From Candidatus Poribacteria bacterium (GTDB lineage: Bacteria; Poribacteria; WGA-4E; WGA-3G): a stretch of 64,000 bases of DNA. A model generated the notes under the pieces. The model was not told where the DNA came from. It saw nothing but the letters and a program-made list of their open reading frames with translations, and searched no databases. The stretch covers positions 256,001-320,000 of the forward strand of contig CBDANF010000002.1 of NCBI GenBank assembly GCA_965197475.1. Direction: 5' to 3'. Positions 38,965 to 48,947 of the stretch are shown piece after piece. Position 1 is the stretch's first letter, and every line of letters begins with the position of its first letter. The position numbers were made by a program, and so were the translations under genes.

Positions 38965-39987
38965 ATGCCGAACCTCACCGCAGAAGAACTCACCGCCATT
39001 TGTCTAAACGTCTTTAAAAGATTAAATATCCCAACATCCGAAGCGGAAGTCGTAACCCGTTCCATGGTGGATGCCAACCGCGTTGGACACGATTCACACG
39101 GCGTTATCCACTTGCCGAAATATGTGCGGGAATTGGAAACAGGATTAATCCAACCGGGTGTACCGACAGAAACTCTACACGAATCTGCATCTATAGCAGT
39201 ATTAGATGGCAATTGGGGCTTTGGTCCCGTTATTGCGACGCGTGCCGTTACGTTAGCAATCCAGAAGGCAAGGCAGACAGATGTCAGCTCTGTTGCTGTG
39301 TCAAGGTGCAACGAGATGGGTCGGTTAGGTGGATATGCATGCCTCGCGGCAGATGCCGAGATGATTGGGCTGCTCATGGCAAACGATCACGGGGGTGGCA
39401 CTTGTGTCGCACCGCATGGCGGAATTGAAGGACGACTCTCTACTAATCCAATTGCGTGTGCCGTCCCGATTGAAGGGCAAAATCCGATTGTGTTGGATAT
39501 GTCCACAAGCGTTGTTGCTTCGGGAAAGATTCGTGTTAAACAGCATCGCAATGAAGCACTTCCACACGGTTGGCTCATCAATGCGGAAGGGGAGTCAACC
39601 ACTGATGCAGAGGATTTCTATAGAGTGCCACCCGCTGCTTTATTACCGTTCGGTGGAATTGCAGCACATAAGGGATTTGGATTGAGTGTAATTGTGGATA
39701 TTCTTGCAGGCGCGCTTACAAGTGCGGGTTGCAGCCGAAGTGAGGATGTACGCGTCGGTAATGGGTTGTTTGTATTTGTAATTAATGTCGCGAGTTTTAG
39801 GGAATTTTCCGGATTCAGTGCTGAGATAGCGCGATTTATTGAATATCTCAAATCTACGAAGCGCGCTGTTGGGGTTGATACAATTCGGGTGCCGGGAGAA
39901 CGCGGTTGGGATGAACAACGCAAACGGGAGCAGGAAGGTATTCCTATAGATGTGGAGACGTGGCAGCAGATTCAATCGCTATTGTAA
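38965..39987 (+). CDS. Ldh_2-family oxidoreductase (malate/L-lactate/ureidoglycolate dehydrogenase-like)
   Basis: GHDSHG, TNPIA, LDMSTS, HKGFGL, RVPGE. Confidence 0.9.
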   Translation: MPNLTAEELTAICLNVFKRLNIPTSEAEVVTRSMVDANRVGHDSHGVIHLPKYVRELETGLIQPGVPTETLHESASIAVLDGNWGFGPVIATRAVTLAIQKARQTDVSSVAVSRCNEMGRLGGYACLAADAEMIGLLMANDHGGGTCVAPHGGIEGRLSTNPIACAVPIEGQNPIVLDMSTSVVASGKIRVKQHRNEALPHGWLINAEGESTTDAEDFYRVPPAALLPFGGIAAHKGFGLSVIVDILAGALTSAGCSRSEDVRVGNGLFVFVINVASFREFSGFSAEIARFIEYLKSTKRAVGVDTIRVPGERGWDEQRKREQEGIPIDVETWQQIQSLL

Positions 39988-40056
39988 GATTCCGTTGCGA
40001 AATGCTCTTGTAGGAGGGTTTTGTAAAACCCGATTTTGAAGAAGGCAATGCTGAAA

Positions 40057-41148
40057 TTATGCTGTCAACAATTTGCCTGTCTCTGGGTGGAATAGATGCG
40101 CTTTGTCAATGTCAAAACTGACCTTCAGCGGTGTGTTGTGAGGTGGTAAATTGACAAGATTAGATTGCACAACAAAACTGTTCTTCTCTGTCCGCAGATA
40201 CAGCAGCGCATGGTTTCCGAGCGGTTCAACTAATTCTACCTGCGTTGAAACCTGATTTACCCCGTTCTTGCCAATGTGGATATCCTCTGGTCGGATGCCG
40301 AGTGTCACTGAGTTCCCCGAAAGCTCACTGAGGACTGCCTGCAAATCAGGATTCAGTTCCACCTCAAAATTTTCAAACCTAAGTTTCGGTATGCCATCGT
40401 TATTAACAATGTTTGTATCTATAAAGTTCATTGGTGGCGTGCCGATGAAACCCCCGACAAATTGATTTGCAGGTTTGTGGTAGAGCGTCCCCGGAGCCGC
40501 AATTTGCTGGATTTTCCCTTCATTGAGAACGACAATCTGATCCCCCATCGTCATCGCTTCAACCTGATCGTGCGTGACATAGACAATCGTCGCGTTGAGT
40601 CGGTCATGTAAACGACTAATTTCCATCCGCATTTGCACGCGCAGCTTCGCATCAAGATTGCTCAACGGTTCATCAAATAGAAATACCTTCGGATGCCGAA
40701 CGATTGCCCTACCAACCGCAACGCGTTGGCGTTCGCCACCGGAAAGATGTTTCGGTTTGCGGTTCAATAGATGGGAAATACTGAGAATGTCTGCTGCTTC
40801 GTTGACGCGTTGGTCAATCTCGCTTTTCGGATATTTACGAAGTTTCAATCCGAACGCCATGTTCTTATATACCGTCATGTGTGGGTAGAGCGCATAGTTT
40901 TGGAAGACCATGGCGATATCCCTATCTTTCGGTGGGATTTCGTTAACGCGTTCGTCGTCAATATAGATGTCTCCCTCTGTTACTGCCTCTAATCCGGCAA
41001 TCATCCGCAAAATTGTTGATTTGCCACACCCCGAAGGACCGACAAGCACAGTAAACGACTCATCCGGAATCTGAAAGTCTGCCTTATCAACCGCGAGGAC
41101 ATCACCGTCGTAAATTTTGGTAACATCTTTCAAATTAACGTGCGCCAT
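40057..41148 (-). CDS. Sugar ABC transporter ATP-binding protein (MalK/MsmX/UgpC type)
   Basis: GPSGCGKST, MVFQNYALYPHM, LSGGERQR, DEPLSNLDAKLR, C-terminal TOBE-like region. Confidence 0.95.
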   Translation of the reverse strand: MAHVNLKDVTKIYDGDVLAVDKADFQIPDESFTVLVGPSGCGKSTILRMIAGLEAVTEGDIYIDDERVNEIPPKDRDIAMVFQNYALYPHMTVYKNMAFGLKLRKYPKSEIDQRVNEAADILSISHLLNRKPKHLSGGERQRVAVGRAIVRHPKVFLFDEPLSNLDAKLRVQMRMEISRLHDRLNATIVYVTHDQVEAMTMGDQIVVLNEGKIQQIAAPGTLYHKPANQFVGGFIGTPPMNFIDTNIVNNDGIPKLRFENFEVELNPDLQAVLSELSGNSVTLGIRPEDIHIGKNGVNQVSTQVELVEPLGNHALLYLRTEKNSFVVQSNLVNLPPHNTPLKVSFDIDKAHLFHPETGKLLTA

Positions 41149-41157
41149 TGCTTCTCC

Positions 41158-41357
41158 TCAAACACGCGACCGAAGGGAACTTAGGATTAACGCGACAAGA
41201 AAGCCAACGACAAGTTGCCAAGCGAAAAAGTGTTTTAGGAGGAAGCTGAATATAGTTTCATTCTTTTTCATCTTAATCCTGTCGAATATTTCACCGCCGG
41301 CAACGACCTTTGATTTGCTGACCCAGTTCCCGTATCCCTTCTTATCAACAGCAATTA
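41158..41357 (-). pseudogene. 3' remnant of a paralog of the adjacent carboxypeptidase-regulatory-like gene
   Basis: Translates IAVDKKGYGNWVSKSKVVAGGEIFDRIKMKK...TM...stop versus neighbour ISVSKNGYGDRIGRSKVVAAGGEIFDRIKIRKK; no start codon for the shared segment. Confidence 0.7.
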
Positions 41358-41402
41358 ATTTATGGTGTACGCCATAGGTTCCCGCAAATACGGGTTTGAA
41401 AA

Positions 41403-41876
41403 TTACAATTCTGCACCGGTAAAGATGAGAATAAAGGCAAAGACAAGTGCAAAGAAGAAGAATCCAAATTTTTCAGTAAAAAAGGTAAAAATGTTTTCTT
41501 TTTTTCTTATCTTGATTCGGTCGAAGATTTCGCCACCGGCTGCAACAACCTTCGATCTGCCGATCCGGTCCCCATAACCGTTCTTAGAAACACTAATTGT
41601 GTAGCGACCAGCAGGTAAACCTTTCAACTCGTAGACACCTTTTTCATTTGTTAGCACGGTATATTCTTTGTCGTTAGCCGCATTAACAATTTTAACGGTA
41701 ACTCCCGCTATCGGTCTCTGTTCTGGAGATGTATCAATAACTTCGCCTCGAATCGTTGCACCCGCAACGACCTCTTCTTGTGCTATGGCAATGCTAACGG
41801 ACATACTCATACAGACAATTAACATTGAAATTAAACTAAAACGAGTCATCTTTTCTGTTCCCATTTCAAACATCAT
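41403..41876 (-). CDS. Carboxypeptidase-regulatory-like domain protein with C-terminal TM anchor
   Basis: Signal peptide, IRGEVID...PIAGVTV...TNEKGVY...LPAGRYTISVSKNGY. Confidence 0.82.
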   Translation of the reverse strand: MMFEMGTEKMTRFSLISMLIVCMSMSVSIAIAQEEVVAGATIRGEVIDTSPEQRPIAGVTVKIVNAANDKEYTVLTNEKGVYELKGLPAGRYTISVSKNGYGDRIGRSKVVAAGGEIFDRIKIRKKENIFTFFTEKFGFFFFALVFAFILIFTGAEL

Positions 41877-41942
41877 TAGGAATAGCTAATCTATAAGACA
41901 TAGATATTGCCTTTTAGGATTACCATGTTTGTAGTAGCCAAT

Positions 41943-43604
41943 TTATTTTTGGGTATCGGTAGGTGGTGATTCAGGTTTATCGGTACTTTCTGTTGTTTCA
42001 GGGATTTGGGTGGTCTTCGCGAGATTTTCCGTTACTAATTCGGCAACGGCAGATTCAACATCAAAACCACCGAGGGATGCTTTTCGGACAATACCTTCAC
42101 CGTCAATCAGAAAGGCTGTTGGAATTCCCCATACTCCAAATAGAGTCCTCAACTTGCGGTTTTCATCCCAATAGTGATGCCACGCAAGTCCTTCTTTTTC
42201 AACATAAGCTTCAAGTGGTTGTTTTGACCTGTCTAAACTAATACCGATAATTTGAAACTTCTGATCTTTGTATTCTTCATAAGTCTTCTTAACTTTAGGC
42301 ATCTCGGCAATGCAGGGACCACACCATGTTGCCCAAAAGTCAAGTAGCACAACCTGTCCTCGGTATTTTTTCAGCGACAGTTCTTCACCCTTCAAATCCA
42401 TTACCTGAAAATCTGGAGCAGGTTTACCAATCCACTCACTTGGGTTTGGACGCTCTCTTAAAGGTTCGGGTGATTCGCCTTTTGGAGAGGTTGCCTCCTT
42501 TTTAAGTGTTTTTGTTGCGGGGATTGACTGCGATCGCGAACCGTCTGCGGGTGTTTTAGTGGGAGTATCCGCAGGTTTCGCGAGATTTTCTTTTACCAGT
42601 GCAGATACGGCAGTTTCAAGTGACCGACCATGGAGATGAGTCTTACGGATAACACCTTCACCGTCAATTAGAAATGTAGACGGGATTGCATTCACCTGAT
42701 ACATATTGGCGATTTTACCCACATTGTCGTAATATTGTGGCCACGTAAGTCCTTCTTTTTCAATAAATGCATCAAGTGGGGGTTTTGATCTGTCAAGACT
42801 AATACCGATAATCTGGAACTTCTGATCTTTGTATTTTTCATAAGTTCTCTTAACGTTCGGTATCTCGGCGACACAGGGTGGACACCAAGTTGCCCAGAAA
42901 TCAAGAAGCACAACCTGTCCACGGAATTTTTTCAAAGAAAGTTCTTCACCGCTCAAATCTTTTACCTGAAAGTCTGGTGCGGGTTTACCGACCCACTCAA
43001 TAGGTTCCGCACTTACACCAGGCGGCAGAGGTAATTCACCGTTTCGGGAAGTTATCTCCTGTTCAAGAATCATTTTTGCCTGTTTCGCATAGGATCGCGA
43101 ACTGTACTTCGGATGATCTATCAATTTTTTATAGGCTGCGTCCGCTTTATCATGCTTACTGAGTTTGTCGTAAACTAACCCCAACTCTAACAAACTTGGT
43201 TGAATATAGCGCGCTTCTGGATGTTTCTTGATAAGTGTTTGAAAAACTTTTATACCTTCTTCAACACGGTCCAACCGGACTAAGGCGTTACCAAGATAAT
43301 AGTATATCTCATCCACGCGTTTATATTCAGGAAACGCTGCGACAAAATCGGTTGATTTTTTAACTAACTTCTCCAATTCTTCTGGTTTGTTCTGATTGGC
43401 GGGTTTTTTAGCAATTGCCTTAATTTCTTGATATTTGAACCCCGGTCTTACAGTGCTAACATTGGTACTTGTCTGCGTAGAATCATCACCGGCAAGATTT
43501 GAACAGAAACTTATTAACAAAACAATTGCAATCATACCAATGCTGCGGATAGAAAAACATGTCTTATCTGTCTGAATTAGCATTGTTTGATTTCGGATAA
43601 ACAT
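41943..43604 (-). CDS. Exported TPR + tandem TlpA/ResA redoxin protein
   Basis: Two LLDFWATWC domains (CPPC and CGPC), N-terminal TPRs. Confidence 0.9.
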   Translation of the reverse strand: MFIRNQTMLIQTDKTCFSIRSIGMIAIVLLISFCSNLAGDDSTQTSTNVSTVRPGFKYQEIKAIAKKPANQNKPEELEKLVKKSTDFVAAFPEYKRVDEIYYYLGNALVRLDRVEEGIKVFQTLIKKHPEARYIQPSLLELGLVYDKLSKHDKADAAYKKLIDHPKYSSRSYAKQAKMILEQEITSRNGELPLPPGVSAEPIEWVGKPAPDFQVKDLSGEELSLKKFRGQVVLLDFWATWCPPCVAEIPNVKRTYEKYKDQKFQIIGISLDRSKPPLDAFIEKEGLTWPQYYDNVGKIANMYQVNAIPSTFLIDGEGVIRKTHLHGRSLETAVSALVKENLAKPADTPTKTPADGSRSQSIPATKTLKKEATSPKGESPEPLRERPNPSEWIGKPAPDFQVMDLKGEELSLKKYRGQVVLLDFWATWCGPCIAEMPKVKKTYEEYKDQKFQIIGISLDRSKQPLEAYVEKEGLAWHHYWDENRKLRTLFGVWGIPTAFLIDGEGIVRKASLGGFDVESAVAELVTENLAKTTQIPETTESTDKPESPPTDTQK

Positions 43605-43687
43605 CGTATACCTCCTCAGGTTCTCGTTATGAAACTGTTGGCAACATCTGATTTTTAAGATTTTAGAATGTAATTAAATTTCATAAT

Positions 43688-43755
43688 GGTGAGGCCTAAA
43701 GACCTCGCCTTACGCACAAGCGCAAACATGACGAGGTACAGAGACCTCAACCTTC
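43688..43755 (-). repeat. Two degenerate REP-like palindromes
   Basis: Reverse complements gtaaggcgaggtctttaggcctcacc and gaaggttgaggtctctgtacctcgtc resemble 23784-23808. Confidence 0.55.
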
Positions 43756-43896
43756 AAATAAAATTGGGTATAGCAAGGTGCCAAATCAACTCAAGGATTA
43801 ATGCTTGTCAAGTTTACAAAGAACTCCAACAAGGATATTCACCGATACCAATAACCAAAGGAATCAACAAAAGCGGATTCAAGAAATACGCGTTGT

Positions 43897-44910
43897 TTAC
43901 TGTGACATATTTTCCCGAACAAGTTCAGCGACAGCGGACTCAAGCGCACTTCCCCGGAGATTCATCTTACGGATAACTCCGTCACCGTCAATCAGAAAAG
44001 TAGAAGGGATGGAACTCACTTCATACATATTGGAAATTTGCCTGTTGCTGTCGTAGTATTGTGGCCATGCGATTCCCTCTTTCTCAATATAAGTTTCAAG
44101 CTGAGATATTCCTCTATCTAAACTGATACCTATAATCTGAAACTTCTTATTTTTATATCTTTCATAAGTGCGCTTGACGCTTGGCATTTCCGCGATGCAG
44201 GGTCCACACCACGTTGCCCAGAAATCGAGAAGCACAACCTGTCCAAGGTATTTTTCTAACGATAACGAATCACCATTCAGATCCTCCACTTCAAAATCTA
44301 AAGCAAGTTGACCAATAAAATTAGTCGAAGCGGATGTAGAATCGGATCCAGCAGACAAATCTTCAAGAGCTCCTTTTCGCTTAGATTTATCTGTTTGCAG
44401 CAGTCGCTGAGCGGTTTTGGCATAGGCGGTGTCACTATATTTTGAATTATTGACTAATTTTTCATAAACTTCATTTGCTTTGCTAAATTTGCTAACTCTA
44501 TCATAAGCTATTCCTAATGTTAATAAACTTTTTCCAATAGAGGGAGCATACGGGTAAAATTTGATAACCTCTTCTAAGACTACGATCGCTTCTTCGGTAC
44601 GGTCAAATTCAACTAAAGTGCTTCCGAGAATTTGATAGACCTCATCCGTCTTCCCAAATTTAGGGTGTGCCTTGATAAAAGTCTGTGATTTCTCAATTAA
44701 TATATCCGCAGTTTCCTGTTTGCCAGAGATTGATAGTTTCGTTTTGATTTCTGTGATCTCGGTGTATGCATCGTTAGGTCGAACCGATGTCCTGCCTGTG
44801 GAATTGAAAGTAGTTGGCACACAGGAACCTAACAGTAGCATGCTCGCGAGTACGGTTAAAAGATAGTACCAACTGTTTATCCGTGTGAGCTTATTTCGTG
44901 ATAACATCAT
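43897..44910 (-). CDS. Lipoprotein with TPR and TlpA redoxin domain
   Basis: Lipobox LLGSC; FWATWCGPC. Confidence 0.9.
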   Translation of the reverse strand: MMLSRNKLTRINSWYYLLTVLASMLLLGSCVPTTFNSTGRTSVRPNDAYTEITEIKTKLSISGKQETADILIEKSQTFIKAHPKFGKTDEVYQILGSTLVEFDRTEEAIVVLEEVIKFYPYAPSIGKSLLTLGIAYDRVSKFSKANEVYEKLVNNSKYSDTAYAKTAQRLLQTDKSKRKGALEDLSAGSDSTSASTNFIGQLALDFEVEDLNGDSLSLEKYLGQVVLLDFWATWCGPCIAEMPSVKRTYERYKNKKFQIIGISLDRGISQLETYIEKEGIAWPQYYDSNRQISNMYEVSSIPSTFLIDGDGVIRKMNLRGSALESAVAELVRENMSQ

Positions 44911-44951
44911 TTGCCTCCTTAAGGTTTGTTATATCACCCAAAAAGTTCATC

Positions 44952-45542
44952 TTAAATAGCGTTCCGATAGGAATATGCAAGTAGCAGTTTAATTTCTTCT
45001 GCCTGCACTTGTTGCAAAAATAGGGTTACATCTAAGGACAAATCGTTTTCTGCAGCTTGACACCAATCAATAAACTGGTATGCGTCCCAATGTGCTTGCG
45101 ATTCAATCGTGTTTGCAATCTGTGTCAACGCATCCGATGGGTTCGCTGTTTCGTTGCAAAGTGCAAGCGCGCGATCTCGAAGTGCGGGGAAAATTGGATG
45201 CGTGCCAACTCTACCGAACCAATACTTGGCATTGCCGTAATCCGGTTCCCGGCGGTGCATGATACCGTGCCAATAACTACCTGTATTGTTCCCCAGTCCT
45301 TGTGAGATGTCATGCGAATCGTCTAATGCATCGTTCCAAAGCAGTAAACCGCTTTTAATAGCACCGCCGAAAGTGTCATCTTTCAACGATTGTCCTTGGA
45401 AAAGATCGTCAAGCGATGCGGCTAATAATTTGTCTGTGAGTTCACTATTCCAGGCTTTTTCTGGGACAAGTGGTGGAAGTGGGTTACCCGCTTCTAATTT
45501 CTCAATGACTTCAGCGATTGCCGACGTGTATGTTACATCCAT
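44952..45542 (-). CDS. Conserved hypothetical helical protein
   Basis: 196-aa ORF with GAGGAG SD; motif SHDISQ...[19 protein letters not shown]. Confidence 0.75.
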   Translation of the reverse strand: MDVTYTSAIAEVIEKLEAGNPLPPLVPEKAWNSELTDKLLAASLDDLFQGQSLKDDTFGGAIKSGLLLWNDALDDSHDISQGLGNNTGSYWHGIMHRREPDYGNAKYWFGRVGTHPIFPALRDRALALCNETANPSDALTQIANTIESQAHWDAYQFIDWCQAAENDLSLDVTLFLQQVQAEEIKLLLAYSYRNAI

Positions 45543-45697
45543 GAAAAACTCCTCAATCTCTAAATCGGTTAGTTGAAATTTAGTTTAGCATCTTTTTCTG
45601 AATATATCAAGTGTTTTCTTTCATTGTAACACCAAAAGATAAATTTTGCTATTACATCACAAATGTGTTACAATTAGCATAAAGGAGTTCAGCAAAG

Positions 45698-46054
45698 ATG
45701 GGAAGTGCCTTTAAAAAAGCCTTAATTGTATTCATCGGATTTATTGTAATTTTGCTGGGTATCTTGATCATTGTCATCCTACAATATTCAAGATACCTTT
45801 CAATCCCAGAAGATCTGAAAATGATAGACTTTCAAGGGATTCTCTTATCATTTTTAGGCGCGGTCGTTCTGTGTTTGATCAGTGTTCTCTTAACCTTTAA
45901 CTTGGCGCGTGCATGGGTAAAAGAACAACCAGAATTTGCTGAACGGATCTTTCGGTTCGCATTAATTATCAACATCGGTCTTCTCGTTGTAGTTGGTGGT
46001 TTAGCGGGTGTGGGCATTATTTTACGGTTTTTATGGACAATCGGATTTTTTTAG
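45698..46054 (+). CDS. Three-TM membrane protein
   Basis: AAGGAG SD; three hydrophobic segments. Confidence 0.75.
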   Translation: MGSAFKKALIVFIGFIVILLGILIIVILQYSRYLSIPEDLKMIDFQGILLSFLGAVVLCLISVLLTFNLARAWVKEQPEFAERIFRFALIINIGLLVVVGGLAGVGIILRFLWTIGFF

Positions 46055-46055
46055 T

Positions 46056-46084
46056 TTGCATTTATGTTAGAATTGTGATATAAT
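46056..46084 (+). promoter_or_regulatory. Sigma70 promoter of infC-rpmI-rplT
   Basis: TTGCAT-17 nt-TATAAT with TG extension. Confidence 0.75.
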
Positions 46085-46307
46085 ATTTTAATTAATATTT
46101 GGACGAGCATTTCCGGCACTGTTTTTGGCGATTTTCCGTATTTCGTAAAGATTGGTTTATTGTCGTAACAGTGCACAAAACGTAAATGTAAGATTTAGTC
46201 GTGGGCAGGAGAAGATAGGGTGTTAGTTTTGCTCACAATACCCTACCACATTTGGGACCTGCACAGATATAAGTTGAGAGCCAACCATAAACTTGGGGGT
46301 GTCGAAA

Positions 46308-46853
46308 ATACACTATAGAGGCAAACGTACTCAGAAAACACGGGAAAGAAAGAGCCGTTCGAATTATCAGATTCGAGCCAAGGAGATTTTGCTAATTGAT
46401 CACGAAAACAATCAGGTTGGTGTGATGTCTCCTCGCGATGCGATGGAACGTGCTGAAGAAATTGGATTGGATCTGGTCGAAGTTTCTCCGAATGCCAAAC
46501 CTCCCGTTTGTAAGATAATGGACTATGGGAAATATCAGTACGAAAAGAACAAGCGCGAGCGAGAGGCCCGAAAGAAGCAGACGAAGATCGTTCTGAAAGA
46601 GATGCAATTCCGACCGGACACAGCCGAGCATGACTATCAATTCAAGAAGCGTCACATTGAAGACTTCTTGAAAAACGGTTGGAAAGTGAAAGCGACAGTC
46701 CGTTTTCGAGGTAGAGAGATGTTGCATACGGAGTTGGGTAGAAACATGCTTACCCGATTGAAAGAAGACGTGGCTGAAATTGCAGAGGTTGAACAACCTG
46801 CTAAGATGGAAACACGCGTCATGTCCATGCTCTTGACACCGAAATCTTCGTAA
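46308..46853 (+). CDS. infC: Translation initiation factor IF-3 (probable ATA start)
   Basis: GLDLVEVSPNAKPPVCKIMDYGKY, HDYQFK, FRGRE; GGGGGTG SD 6 nt before an in-frame ATA. Confidence 0.93.
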   Translation: MHYRGKRTQKTRERKSRSNYQIRAKEILLIDHENNQVGVMSPRDAMERAEEIGLDLVEVSPNAKPPVCKIMDYGKYQYEKNKREREARKKQTKIVLKEMQFRPDTAEHDYQFKKRHIEDFLKNGWKVKATVRFRGREMLHTELGRNMLTRLKEDVAEIAEVEQPAKMETRVMSMLLTPKSS

Positions 46854-47041
46854 CTAAAGTATTTCTTGTAGGTTATGGAAGATCATGTTTCTCTTTTATG
46901 GGGGACTATTTGAAAGGGAAACATAGTTTGCGAGGAAACCGTTTTTCTCGTCGTTGATTCGGTGCATCTATGCCTACATTTCACGGACAGACCCCTTGAA
47001 AAAAATTGGTTTGGATAAGTCGCCAACAGAAGGATATTGTA

Positions 47042-47233
47042 ATGCCGAAAATCAAAACACATAAAGGCGCAGCAAAACGTTTTAAATTTACAGCCACAGG
47101 GAAAATACGTCGCAACCGTGCGTATGCTAGTCACCTATTCATCTCAAAATCAGCGAAACGGAAGCGTCGTCTCAGACAAGCCACGCTAGTTGATCCGAGT
47201 AATGAGAAACGTTTGAAACGTCTAATTCATTAG
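47042..47233 (+). CDS. rpmI: 50S ribosomal protein L35
   Basis: MPKIKTHKGAAKRFKFTATGK. Confidence 0.97.
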   Translation: MPKIKTHKGAAKRFKFTATGKIRRNRAYASHLFISKSAKRKRRLRQATLVDPSNEKRLKRLIH

Positions 47234-47242
47234 GAGTTCAGA

Positions 47243-47590
47243 ATGTCACGAGTAAAAACAGGGAGTATCCGCCGACAACGGCGGAAACGGATACTAAAGC
47301 ATTCTAAAGGGTATCGCGGTGGACGCAACAACCTGAGGCGTACTGCTATGGAGGCGGTTGAAAAAGGATGGAACCACGCGTACACCCATAGACGTACGCG
47401 GAAACGCGACTTTAGACGGCTTTGGATAATACGTATTAATGCCGCTGCAAGACTACACGGACTCACATATAGTAAATTCATCCACGGACTTAAAACAGCT
47501 GGTATTGAGCTTGACAGAAAAGTTCTTGCTGATATTGCTGTGCATGATGCAGCAGGGTTTGGACAACTTGCAGCTCTCGCTAAGGGATAA
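47243..47590 (+). CDS. rplT: 50S ribosomal protein L20
   Basis: MSRVKTG...[17 protein letters not shown]...[10 protein letters not shown]. Confidence 0.97.
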   Translation: MSRVKTGSIRRQRRKRILKHSKGYRGGRNNLRRTAMEAVEKGWNHAYTHRRTRKRDFRRLWIIRINAAARLHGLTYSKFIHGLKTAGIELDRKVLADIAVHDAAGFGQLAALAKG

Positions 47591-47633
47591 GTTTAACCGA
47601 TACATTTGCTCATTAGAATTTACACTATTAAAA

Positions 47634-47875
47634 GGCTATAAAGGGACAAAGTAGGGAGTTGAGACTTCTCAACCAGAAAGACCGCGCCATTGGTTGGAAG
47701 CGTGGTTTTGAGAGCAACTGCTGAATTTCATCTTGGAGCCATTAAACAAAAAATGAAGCGGGCAGATTTTACCAATCTGTCAAGCGGGGTGGTACCGCGG
47801 AAGTAGATGCTTGTCGCTTTCGTCCCCAGAAGGAAATTAACCTTTATGGGGCAGAGTGATAGGCATTATCTTTTT
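47634..47875 (+). promoter_or_regulatory. T-box riboswitch (Phe specifier) with terminator
   Basis: Stem I ggct...agcc with AGTA box and specifier GAAT-TTC-A (47727-47729); stem III 47761-47781; T-box GGTGGTACCGCG 47788-47799; long terminator hairpin plus T-run before pheS. Confidence 0.88.
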
Positions 47876-47886
47876 AAAAGGCAACT

Positions 47887-48903
47887 ATGAAAACAGAATT
47901 AGAGGCGATTCAAGCAGAAGCACTTGAGGCGTTGAAAGCGGTTAAAACGTCAGACGCGCTTGAATCGCTAAGGATTGAATACTTCGGGCGCAGAGGCAAG
48001 TTGACAGATGTCATGAAGGGCATGGGAAAGCTTTCCAAAGAGGAGCGTCCGATAATTGGAAAACTCGCCAATGAAGTGCGCGCCGCACTAACTGAAGCGT
48101 TTGAAGCAGCGAAAAATGCGCTGGATAGTGAACAACAGGAACAGCAACTCAAAGCAGAATCTATTGACATCACACTTCCCGGCCGGAAACCTGCTTACGG
48201 GAAAGCGCATCCGGTCATGCAAACGTTGGAACGAATTGAGACGATCTTCACGCAAATGGGTTTTCAGGTGGTTACGGGACCAGAAGTTGAGACGGAGCAT
48301 TACAATTTTGATGCGCTTAACACGCCTCAAGACCATCCCGCGAGGGATTTGCATGATACATTTTATTTGACAGATGGACATCTACTGAGGACACACACCT
48401 CGCCTGTGCAAATTCGCTCAATGGAAAACCAGAAACCACCAGTACGCATTATTGTGCCAGGAAAGGCGTATCGTGTGGATTACGATGTATCGCACACCCC
48501 GATGTTTCATCAGGTTGAGGGATTGCTTGTGGATAGGCATGTCACCTTCAGCAAATTGAAGGGTGTTTTGGTATCTTTCGCTCGTCAGATGTTCGGTGAC
48601 CAGACGCAGATGCGTTTCCGTCCACATTTTTTCCCTTTTACTGAACCGAGTGCTGAAGCGGATATTTCATGCACTGTATGTCGTGGTAAGGGATGCCGCA
48701 GTTGCGGACACACTGGATGGATTGAAATTTTAGGGGCAGGGGCAGTTGATCCAGAGGTGTTCCGTGCAGTCAACTATGATCCGGAGGAGGTTACCGGTTT
48801 TGCCTTCGGAATGGGTGTAGAACGAATTGCAAATCTCCAATTTCGTATTCCAGATATCCGCACCTTCTATGAGAACGACCTCCGTTTCTTGCAGCAGTTT
48901 TAA
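47887..48903 (+). CDS. pheS: Phenylalanine--tRNA ligase alpha subunit
   Basis: HPARDLHDTFY, LRTHTSPVQ, HTPMFHQVEG, FPFTEPS, GFAFGMGVER. Confidence 0.98.
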   Translation: MKTELEAIQAEALEALKAVKTSDALESLRIEYFGRRGKLTDVMKGMGKLSKEERPIIGKLANEVRAALTEAFEAAKNALDSEQQEQQLKAESIDITLPGRKPAYGKAHPVMQTLERIETIFTQMGFQVVTGPEVETEHYNFDALNTPQDHPARDLHDTFYLTDGHLLRTHTSPVQIRSMENQKPPVRIIVPGKAYRVDYDVSHTPMFHQVEGLLVDRHVTFSKLKGVLVSFARQMFGDQTQMRFRPHFFPFTEPSAEADISCTVCRGKGCRSCGHTGWIEILGAGAVDPEVFRAVNYDPEEVTGFAFGMGVERIANLQFRIPDIRTFYENDLRFLQQF

Positions 48904-48947
48904 AGGTAGTAGGCACACTCCGCTGTGCCGTAACGAAGGACTTATCT

